Made by a program: the position numbers and the translations under genes. From Octopus vulgaris (taxonomy: Eukaryota): a stretch of 64,000 bases of DNA. The notes beneath the pieces are model-generated. The model searched no databases, was not told the origin of the DNA, and worked only from the letters and a program-made list of their open reading frames with translations. Positions 53,487 through 64,000 of this stretch are shown here, in pieces. Numbering within the stretch: the first letter of the stretch is position 1; each line of letters starts with the position of its first letter. Location: positions 28,272,001-28,336,000 of the forward strand of contig OX597839.1 in NCBI GenBank assembly GCA_951406725.2, read 5' to 3'.

Positions 53487-54162
53487 TGGCAAGATCTTTA
53501 GAGCACCGGACAAAACTCCCTTACAATATTTCCTCTGACTCCTCTGCCTTTCATTCGTTTGGGGTCGATAAAGTAATTACTGAGGAGGAGTGTCAATGGT
53601 GTCAACTAAAACTGCCCCCTTCAAAATTGCTGACCTTGTGTCAAAATAAGAAAGCATTATCCAAGCGACGAGTCGGCAGAGTCTTTGGTGCATTGGCTCT
53701 TTGCATTCTGAGTTGAATTAGCCCCTCCCCTCAAAACTACTCGCCTTTCGAAAGTAGAAAATATTATTATGCAATTATCATCTGCTATAATAATACTCTT
53801 GTGTTTTTCTCCGTCACAACATCCGAATGAGAAAGGAAGTGGGATGATGGAAATTCTACGGTGACAAAAAAAAATCAAACAGCGTTTCAACTCTGTGTGA
53901 GTATATGTGTGCGTATGTAAAAATGTAAAAGGGAATCGTGTGTGTTTGTGTGTGTGTATGCAATGGAAGTGGGATGGTGAACATTGAACGCTGGAAAGAA
54001 AACTCAGCATTTCAATTTTGTGTACAAGGGAAGTGTATGAATGTTTATATGGATCGATATCACATCTGAAAATACAACGACTAGATAATATTGAGGAGTG
54101 TATTAATTTGAATTACCATCCATATTCTATCTTTTGTCCTCATATATAAAATACTACAATTA

Positions 54163-54194
54163 GCCGTCATTTTTGACGGCGTGGAGCCAGCTAG
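54163..54194 (+). mobile_element. Possible Helitron 3' terminus
   Basis: Hairpin GCCGTCA-tttt-TGACGGC followed 10 nt later by CTAG. Confidence 0.4.
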
Positions 54195-54690
54195 GTATAA
54201 TATAGAATACGAGAAATCTTTTTCCTGTCGTTTCCAGTCTAAGACCTCTTAGAGATCTTCATCACTATGACACTAATTTCAATATTTGTCACCGATCCTC
54301 CTTTATAAATGGTTTTTTTCTGCTTAGCTTCGTCTGTTTATATATCGAAATAGCCTGTGGTTTTGTGATAAAATGAAATGAAATTGAATAAAACTCATAA
54401 AACACACATCCAGCTGTCTATCTCAGTGATTTTTTTATTCATTCTTTCTCAACCTTGTTTTATGCTGAGACCGCAGACAGACATCATACGGCGTTTGCTA
54501 AATAATACATTTTAGATAACGGAGTCGGAAAGGATAAAAACAAAAGCCTTTTTCGTGCAGAACAAACGAACAATAATTGATCGCGATCTTTATCTTAATA
54601 GTAGTGTTGTCCTTGATCCGAGTATGAACACATACACATACTATACACACCTAACATTACGTTTAGGCTGTTTATTATACTCTGTGATCT

Positions 54691-54726
<36 letters not shown>

Positions 54727-55557
54727 TGTGTGTGTGTATGTGTGTAGCTGTGTGTAATTGAATAGTTTGTCTATGTGAAAGCGTTGTTGTTTGAATATAA
54801 GTGTGTGTGTGTGTGTGTGTGTGTATGTTTTTTCTCATGTCTGACATAGTTTCTTGCTTATGACGTCACTTAAAAGACCTGTGTGTAAGTGTGTGTGTGT
54901 GTGTGATCTTTTGCTTACTAACCTTTTTTTTGCTATGACATCACTTAAGTGTGTGAATGTGTGTGCGCATGTGTGCCTGAGTGTGTTTGAAAGAATCAGT
55001 ACAAGCGACTGTGCTTGTGTTCGTGTGTGTGTGTGTGTGTGTGTGTATAAACCTGTATTTGAATGCATGTGGTATGAGGTCATCTATGTACATGTATGAG
55101 CAAAGGTGTGGCTCTCTGTGTGTGCGTGTGTGTGTGTGTGTATGAGCAAAGGTGTGGCTATGTGCGTGTGTGTGTGTGTGTGTGTGGCTGTGTGTGTGTG
55201 TGTGTGTGTGTGCGTGATAAGCATGTCTACGTGTGAATTTTTCATGCAGAATGGATGTTACTTTGAAAACTGTGTGTGTATGTTTTGAATATATGCATGC
55301 GTGTGTGTGTGCGCGTGTGTTCGTATGTGTGTGTGTGTGTTCGTGTGTGTGTGTGTAAGTGTGCGCCTGTTTCGAAACATGTCTGCACGTGTCTACCTGC
55401 TTGTGTTACAGGCAATCACTGACAAAGGTGTGCGCATGTATGAGTGTGTGTGTGTGTAATAACATGCGTGCACGCGTGTGTGAGCGTGTACGTCTGTGTA
55501 GGAGCATGCGCGTGCGTGTGTGAGAGAGCGTGTACGTTTGGGTGTTAAGAGAGTGCG

Positions 55558-55598
<41 letters not shown>

Positions 55599-56039
55599 CT
55601 CGTGCCATACGATAGGTAAATGTAACAACTACAACACTCTCTCCCTCCTACCCTTGCACTAAAGATCCATGTTCTCTCTCTTCCTTCTCCTCTCTCTGTT
55701 GGGAAGAGGAAGAATAAATATTTCACTTGAAGATTTCAAGAAAGAAGAACAAGAAGAGGAGGAGGAGGAAGGAGAAGAAGGAGAAGAAGAAAAGGAAGAG
55801 GGAGAAGAAGGAGAAGAAGAAAAGGAAGAAGGAGAAGAAGGAGAACTTGTTGTCGATAAAGGTCTCCTTGTCATGTGACACACCGATGAGGATCACCATG
55901 GCAATGCAAATTCAGAAATAAAGATAAACAAATAAATAAATTCAAAGATAGCGAGAAGCCATATTGATTTTAGTCTTCGAGGTCAACTGATTCAGAATAG
56001 TTTCTATGGTGATGGGTTTACTGAGTCTCCTACACCTGC

Positions 56040-57160
56040 CCCTCGTCTCTCACCCCCCTCACCCTCTCTCTCTCTCTCTCTCTCCTCTTTGTTACAATTC
56101 CTCTTGCTTCTGCATTCAATCTTACTTTGCTTTCGCTTTCACTTCGCGCTTATTTTCTTTTTCACGTGTTCATTCTTTTGTTCTTTCCTTCATTCGCTCG
56201 TTCTTAAATTTATTCTTTATCATTCGCTTCTTAAATTTATTCACTCTTTATCATTTGCTCGCTCATCTCATTCGCTCGTTTTAAATTTATTCTTTCGTTC
56301 TTAAATTTATTCGCTGATATCATTCGCTTCTTAGATTTATTCGCTCATAGATTTATTCGCTCGTTCTTAAATTTACATGCGCATCCTTTTTATTCGCCGG
56401 TTCTTACATTTATTCACTCATTCTTTTTTTCACTCTTTCTATCTTGCTCACTCTTTCTAACATTCCTTTCACTCGTTTTCTTACTCGTCCTTTTTCACTC
56501 ATTCTTTCTTTCATTCATTTGTTTTCATTATCGTTCTCTCGTTCTCTCCTTTAATCGTTCTCAATTACATTCGCTCGTTCTTACGATTCTTCAACGCACT
56601 TTCTTAAATTCATTCTTTCGCTCTTTCTTTCATTTCCCAATTTCCTCAATTAACTCGTTCTTCCGTCTCCCATTTTATCTTTTCTTCTTCCTTTCCTTAA
56701 TTCCTTCCGTCTTCCATTTTATCTTTCCTTCTTTCTTTCTTCCCTTAATTCCTTCCCTCTTCCATTCCATCGTTCATTCTTTCATTCAACCGTAATTCCC
56801 ACTCATTCTTATCAGCGATTCTTCCATTTTCCTTTCATTTTTTTCTTGAATTTTCCTCACTTTTCCTTCAATTTTAACCGCTTCTCTTTTTACCATTTTC
56901 TCCATTGTCTCTTTTCCTGTTTTTTTTTCTTATGAGGAAGTTCATTTACCATTATTTCAGTTGGTTCCAACATACTTCCTTCATCACTTCCTCCTCATTT
57001 TTTCTTCAATTTCCCCCCCTTTTTTAATCTCTTTCCGTTCCTATCTTCCTTTACTTATCCTGACGTCTTCCGGGATTTTTTTTGCAAAATCTTTCGTCTT
57101 TTTTACCTATTGTTTACGTGTCACAGTAATCTCTCTCTCTCTCTCTCTCTCTCCCTCTCA
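56040..57160. repeat. Pyrimidine-rich low-complexity region with decayed ATTCGCTC/TTCTTAAATTTATTC units
   Basis: Strong C/T strand bias is directly visible. Confidence 0.85.
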
Positions 57161-57453
57161 CACACACACACATATACAAACACATAGTCATATGCAAACA
57201 TGCTGATACACACAAACACAAACAACATATGCCAATTCGCTCTGCCACATATAACAAGGGTTGATTTATAAATAATATATGAATACACACACAATCAGAA
57301 AAAATATACAATCTGTTACACACACACACGTTTACGCAAACAGACTGAACGCCACCGACACACACAAACGAGCTGACACACAGACACACACATAGCCTGA
57401 TAGACACTGGCACACACATACACAAGCTGACGTTCAAACACAAACAAGCTGAT

Positions 57454-57490
<37 letters not shown>

Positions 57491-57616
57491 TGCACAATTT
57501 AATATACATACATAAACTGACACTCACACACATACACACGCTACACACGCGCACACATACATACACACCCATGCTTATATACACGCTCACACACAAACAT
57601 ACACAGTCAAACATGC

Positions 57617-57654
<38 letters not shown>

Positions 57655-58954
57655 CTTAATGACTAAATTTTGATGGTAGTGAAACAGTAAGAGTGTTACA
57701 CATCAAAACCTTCCATTTTACAACTGCCTCACGTGACGACCAAAACAAAATGGCGAAGTTGTGGATAATTGAAATTGCGCCATACTTCTCGTTGCTGTTG
57801 TTTAACACCAGGTCAGACTTGGTCGAATAGTCTTAAGATGAAATGTATTCCATCCGCGACCATACTGTCTTTTCATGTGTCTCCCACATTACATTATCCT
57901 CAATACATGCGTCTCTACTTTACGAAGTTATGTTGTGATTTGAGGGGTATTTGACTACTATTTCAAGTTGGTCAAGCGACAGCTTAGAACAGGAGTGATG
58001 ACCCCTTCGCTTGGAGACGGAATCACACCTACATTCAAATACTGAACAAACCGCTGAGGAGAACGACGTAAAATCGATCAGGGTCCATAATAAAATACCT
58101 GAATAAAAGCTGGGATGGTTGGTCGTGTCTGGAACGTCGTTGATCATAGAGCTCCCCAATCATAACTGACAGCAGCATTAACAACACAGATGTGATAAAA
58201 AGGTCATAAAGTTGACCCCTTCAACAATATCAGAATATTAAAGATCAAAGGCGAATTAAACATCGGAGATGTTTTGCTCAAAGCAGAAATTGCAGGATCA
58301 ATTTAAAGATTATTGCAAGCTCTCCTCTTGGTGGTGACTAAAACTGTCGCAATGTTGCGATGGTTTTCCGTATCTTCAGCAGGGACCGCAGGGTCACAAG
58401 CGTTTCGCCCGAATAGGACAGCGAGGACAGAATTAGCTTTATCCTACAGAAGAGTTCTTCAGTCCTTTGTCACCGTTAACAATCACCAACTACAACAGTT
58501 CACGCTTCAATGGTTACAATCTCCTTCGTGATTTTCTTCAGTTGCTTCCTTTTTCCGAACCTGTCTTCTACAAGAAACAGCACAACCAACTGGAAAACAG
58601 CAGCAGTCGACATCAATGGTGGAATGAGGTTTTGTGCCGTCTTATGACAAAAGCGCCATCAACGACAGCAGCAGTCGACATCAGAGGTGGATGAGGTCGT
58701 GTGCCATCCTTCGACATGAACGCCATCAACTAAATCCTGATATCTGGTTTACTTCAGTTGGTGAGAAATGCCAAGCCTGCCCTCTCAGATTACAGTGAGT
58801 TCGGGCGAGTTAGAAGTCCATGGCCTTTGCTGGTGTTACAGGTTCGCTGACGCTCGAAAGATTCGCCTTTCAATTACTGCCCAAATGAAATCGAGCCGTA
58901 ATTTGAGAAACTCCTGGTATTTCCTGTGGAATTCATGGCATCTTGGTTATTAAG

Positions 58955-60600
58955 ACGGCGAGCTGGCAAAATCGTTAGTGCGTCGGACAAAATGCTCGGC
59001 AGCGCTTCGTCTGTCTTTACATTATGAGTTCAAATTCCGCCGAGGTCGACTTTGCCTTTCATTCTTTCGGGGTCGATAAAAATAAGCATCCGTCGAGCAC
59101 CGGGGTTGATGTAATCGACTAGTCTCCTCCCGCAAAATTTCAAGCCTTGTACCTATAGTAAAAGGGATTATAATAACGTCCCTGCATGAAGGTGGATGAT
59201 AAAAACACGACACAAAGCTATCAATTTTGATGGGAAGGACAAGTAGAGTACATAGAGCCCTGTACTTAACTGGTACTTTATCAACCCCGAAAAGATGAAA
59301 GGCAAAATTAATTTCGTTAGGATTCAAAGTTAGATCGAAAGAAACGTACGAAATGCCGCTAAGCATTTTATCCGGGTCAAGGAGAAAGGCGGGGTTGGTG
59401 ATAGTAATGGAACTCGATCGATTGCTGGACTCGTCCTACACAATTACAAACACACACACACACACACGGCAGTTGTTCGACAAAAATTCCACACTCATCA
59501 ACGTTCAGGCACTGAAAAAACTACGCGCAGAACGGTTTTCGCTGTTCTTGCGTCCATCTTGAACAGACCCAGCTGATGGCAATTAATTCTGTAACTTGCC
59601 TTCCCAGAATCTTTGAAATGAAAGAACTAGTCAAGTGTTAGAGGAAATACTGCCGCAAACAATTTTGCTGTAAGAAAAAAATTCACCGTAAGAAATTTTG
59701 CTTTAAATGACCTCATCGCGTTTTCTTTTAATGTTTGACGTCGAATAAAGACTTGCCTATTATTTAATGCTTTTACAAAACCGTTTACCAAATGTTTTAT
59801 ATATTTTAATTATTTAAAAAATACTGATGCAATACACGCCATTTGGCGATTTTTCCTATACGGCGAAATCTCTTTTGGCGAATTCTTCAGAACGACGGTC
59901 GAGTACCGGAAATCGATTTAATCGACTAACCCCTTGTCCTCTCCACCTCGCCCAAGATTTCATGCCCCCCCCCTGTATCCCCTATTTTAAAAACAATTAT
60001 CCACATCATTTCTGCGCCGAACAAAATGCTTAGCACCTATTAATTCTGGTTTTACGTTCCTTCTTTACCTTTCATCCTTTCGGGGGTCGATAAATTAAGT
60101 ACCAGTTGCGTACTGGTGTCGATCTAATCGACTGGCCCTCTCCCCAAAAATTTCGGGCCTAGAATAGAAAATATTATTATTACTACTACTACTACTACTA
60201 TAGCAGCATTTCGTCCGAACATTACATTCTGAGTTCAAATTCCACCGAGGTTGACTTTGCCTTTCATCCTTTCGGGATCGATAAAATAAATACCAGTAAA
60301 ACACTGGGTCGATGTAAACCCCTCTCCCGGAATTGCTGACCTTGGGCCTATAGTAGAAAGGATTATCATTATTATGATGATGAAGATGGCCTCGAGCTGG
60401 CAGAGTCGTTAGCACTCCGAGCAAAACGCTTAGCAACATTTCTTCCAGCTTTACGTTCCGAGTTCAAATGCCGCCGGGATCAACTTTGCTTTTCATCCTT
60501 TCATGGTGGATAAATTAAGTAGCAGTTGCGTACTGGGGTCGATGTAATTGACTCACCTCTTCCCTTGAATTTGCTGGCCTTGTGCCAAAATGTGAAACTA
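58955..60600. mobile_element. Family C SINE cluster (58955-59170 +, 59260-59370 -, three tandem copies at 60020-60600 +)
   Basis: Match the family C consensus. Confidence 0.85.
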
Positions 60601-61348
60601 ACATTAATTGCGATTAAGCACTTCACAGAATCTATTTGCAACAAGACAAACATAACCTTTTCAGATTTTGCAATTTTGTTTTTAATCTTTTATTTTTTAT
60701 GGGGTGAGCTTGGATATGGGTACTTTATTTCCAACCCCTTCACCAACCCCACCCTTCATATGCACCCGTATGTTCAAATAAGGCAGGCAGTTGGCTCTAA
60801 GACCCAGATCATCCACCGTATCAACTTGCTTTATTCATGGCTGTACCAGTTGACATTAACAAATATAACGGCCCTTTCTCTATCACACCACCACCACCAT
60901 ATTAGCTCATCGCTCTGTCCTACCTGGGTTTATCACCTGCTGTCGACGCTGTAATTCTTAATATAACAGTTTATAAATACACACACACACATACACGTAC
61001 GTCCACCACCCACAAGGGAACCACAGTATCTTTACACAACAAACCCTTCCACCTCATCTATCTCTGCTTGTGTGTGTGTGTGTGTGTGTGTGTGGTACAC
61101 TAAACACTCATACGCATCCGTGTCTCTAAAAAACACTATAGGATTGCGTAAGTATAACTGTATTCGCGCATGCACACGCACACATATATCTCATTGCTTA
61201 AGTATAAATCTAACCGCGCGCGCTGTGTGTGTATATATAAATTTATATACATATATATATATATATGTAGGTATATAACATATATATATGTATAAATGTA
61301 AGTATATAGCATTATATATATATATCATTGCTTAAGTATAAATCTATC

Positions 61349-61397
<49 letters not shown>

Positions 61398-61428
61398 CAT
61401 TGCTTGAGTATAAATCTGTGTGTATATT

Positions 61429-61477
<49 letters not shown>

Positions 61478-62190
61478 TATTGCTTAAGTATAAATTTATC
61501 TGCGCGCGGTATGTATGTTTATGTACATATATGTTTGTATGTGTGTGTGTGTATGATTACAATAAGTATAAATGTATGCATTTATACATGTATGTATATG
61601 TGTGTGGATGTGGGGTGGCTATCTATATACGTATCTGCACCAACAGAAGCGTGAACCTTTTTTGCGAAAATAAAACACAGGCATATGAAAAGATAAGGGA
61701 TCCTTTGAACATATTTCTGTTCTCCATTGCCCTTAGAAGTAGAGAAAGGAAGAAGAGAGAAAAAACATGCATTCGTGTGTAAGTGTGTGTGTGCGCTTCT
61801 ATGGTTCAAAATAACAGTGTAACACTATATATATATATATATATATTGTACTCCAGCAGTTCCTCATCCGACCATCATCTCTATATAGCACACTGCTCAC
61901 GCTTGGTTACAAACCACTTTATGGAATAACCTGTTTTGGTGGGATCCCTACAGTTTGTTTTCTTTTACGGGGAGAAGGCAGGGGGTGGTTTGGTTGAATC
62001 GTCAGAGCATCGAAGAAAATGATTTGCGTTATTTGAGTTGGGGAAACGTTCAGATTCTGGTTTCAAATCCCTGCGAAGTCAACTTGTCGGCCTGATAACT
62101 ATTTTAAAAAGATTCTCCAGAGTCTGATATTTTCCTAGGCCAGTTGGACGGTTGGTGGCTTTTAAAGCGATTCGTTTGTGTCCGTCTTTT

Positions 62191-62518
62191 ATCTTTTACT
62201 TGTTTCAGGCCATTAGACTGCGGCCATGCTGGAGCATCACCTTGAAGAATTTTTAGTCAAATGTATTGAACCCCAGTACTTTTTTTTTTCAAAAGCTTGG
62301 TACTTACTCTATTGGTCTCTTTTGCCGATTCGCTAAGTCACGGGGATGTAAACACACCAGCACCGGTTGTCAAGCGGTGGTGGGACAAACACAAAGACAC
62401 ATACACGATAATACATACACACACACATATATATATATATGTATTCCACCTGCCTTCGTCTTTTGTTTATTTCCGTAAACCTGCCTTCGTCTTTTGTCTA
62501 TTTTCATAAAGCTTCCCG

Positions 62519-62561
<43 letters not shown>

Positions 62562-62837
62562 TCATAAAGAAAATGGAGAGTTTGAACACAGCATAATTTA
62601 TTTACATTTTGACAATTCCATAAGCCTACGATCGTTTCCATATCAATCTTCCTTCAAATGACAATCAAAACTGCATTATGAAATAACGAAGGAAGATATT
62701 TCATCAGGGCCAAAATTGACACTTTTGTTTTTATATCCGAATAAGATTGAGCGTTAATCAACGGACTAAAATAGTAGCACGCGTTCATTTATGAGTGAAT
62801 GTGAATGTTTAAAAAGGAATCTACCTCCACAAGAGCT

Positions 62838-62932
<95 letters not shown>

Positions 62933-63100
62933 GCGCGCTTGCGACGGGATTCTTTCAGTCTTCGTCTACCAAATTCATTCAGAAGGCTTCTGCTGGTCCG
63001 AGGCTTATAGTACAGGACACTTGTCTAAGGTAGCACGCAGTGGGACTGAACCCCGAACCATGTGGTTGGGAAGCAAGCTTCTTACCACACAGTCACGCCT
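62191..63100 (-). mobile_element. Family B SINE split by insertions into its internal microsatellite
   Basis: Tail at 62191-62400, head at 62940-63100, and a nested HHR-bearing segment at about 62560-62840. Confidence 0.85.
62623..62711 (-). ncRNA. Type I hammerhead ribozyme motif with a long stem II
   Basis: Minus strand reads GGCC-CUGAUGA-aAUAUCUUCCUUCG...UGAAGGAAGAUugAUAUg-GAAAC-GAUC-GUA-GGCU, with a palindromic stem III ACGAUCGU. Confidence 0.8.
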
Positions 63101-63187
63101 TGTTTAATTTTGCTTACAAAATCATTAATAGTGATGGAAATGGTGAGAGGTGATGTGCGGGAAACGTATTTTGTCGTAATATATGTA

Positions 63188-63231
<44 letters not shown>

Positions 63232-63238
<7 letters not shown>

Positions 63239-63785
63239 TAAGGGCTCCTAAATAAAGATGCCGAGTGCTGGGAACACAAAAAGGGGATGAATTTATCGAG
63301 AGTGAAAATCAAAAACGTTTACCGATAACGTTAACAACTCGTACCGCGGTTTCTGCTTCTTTCTAGCAAAACACAGAATGTGTTTGCTAAGGCCAGCTTC
63401 ATCAGCGAGTCGCCTAAATTTAATCGAGGTCTGCAGCGATGTGGGACTATGTGTTGAACCCGACTACTAGCAGATCTTAACTTTTCAAATCTCTGCGCAG
63501 ACGCAAAATTTACACGGGCCTTATAGCAAACACATTCTGTGTTTTGCTAGAAAGAAGCAGAAACCGCGGTACGAGTTGTTAAAGTTATCGGTAAACGTTT
63601 TTGATTTTCACTCTCGATAAATTCATCCCCTTTTTGTGTTCCCAGCACTCGGCATCTTTATTTAGAGCCCTTAATTGTATAACTACATGAATAATATTTT
63701 TCTATATGAATAATATTTTTGTCTTATGACTAATTCGTCTTTTGTGCTGGGCACCTGGTAGTAAATAATATTACTACCCTTCTTG

Positions 63786-63790
<5 letters not shown>
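63232..63790. mobile_element. Fold-back Penelope-like insertion with ~163-bp inverted arms
   Basis: Arms at 63232-63394 and 63517-63681 are nearly identical, with a ~120-bp spacer. The right arm has an extra tail to about 63790. (TA)n lies on both sides. Confidence 0.85.
63333..63414 (-). ncRNA. Type I hammerhead ribozyme motif
   Basis: Minus strand reads GGCGACUCG-CUGAUGA-aGCU...AGCa-GAAAC-CGCG-GUA-CGAGUUGUU, with a 9-bp stem I and a palindromic stem III ACCGCGGU. Confidence 0.82.
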
Positions 63791-63860
<70 letters not shown>

Positions 63861-64000
63861 GACATAACATACATGTAGTGGGAAGGGGGAAAGGGTTAAT
63901 ATTAAAATAAAAATGCAGATTTTGTCCGAAATGACCAACTACATGTAGGATATATGAATACGTTATGTGTCTGTGCGTGTATGTTGTATGGATAGCTGTA

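Noticed and set aside
55669-55878. 69-aa acidic ORF with a hydrophobic start
   Set aside because: It derives from CT- and GAA/GGA low-complexity repeats, with no recognisable domain or splice sites.

Overview
Repeat-dominated eukaryotic non-coding DNA (intron or intergenic). The SINE families and very high (TA)n/(CA)n load look like an octopus (coleoid cephalopod) genome; this is recognition, not a database result. No intact protein-coding gene is visible. Nearly all listed ORFs are microsatellite or SINE read-throughs. One 38-nt candidate exon with strong splice signals lies at 17465-17502 (+). The window holds about 40 tRNA-derived SINE copies from several families, plus decayed mariner, RTE, L1/Tx1, Helitron and MITE fragments and a 1.2-kb (GGT)n tract. 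The main unexplained signal is a set of at least eight sequence-divergent type I hammerhead ribozyme (HHR) motifs, folded by eye. They are at 6906-6950, 7690-7782, 26430-26500, 35534-35574, 43535-43578, 51095-51140, 62623-62711 and 63333-63414. Most have a short palindromic stem III suggesting dimeric cleavage, many lie beside (TA)n tracts, and four sit inside fold-back inverted repeats typical of Penelope-like retroelement insertions. One (50840-51206) is fused to a tRNA-like Pol III promoter, making it a candidate hammerhead-carrying, Penelope-mobilised SINE. Coordinates of repeat edges are approximate.
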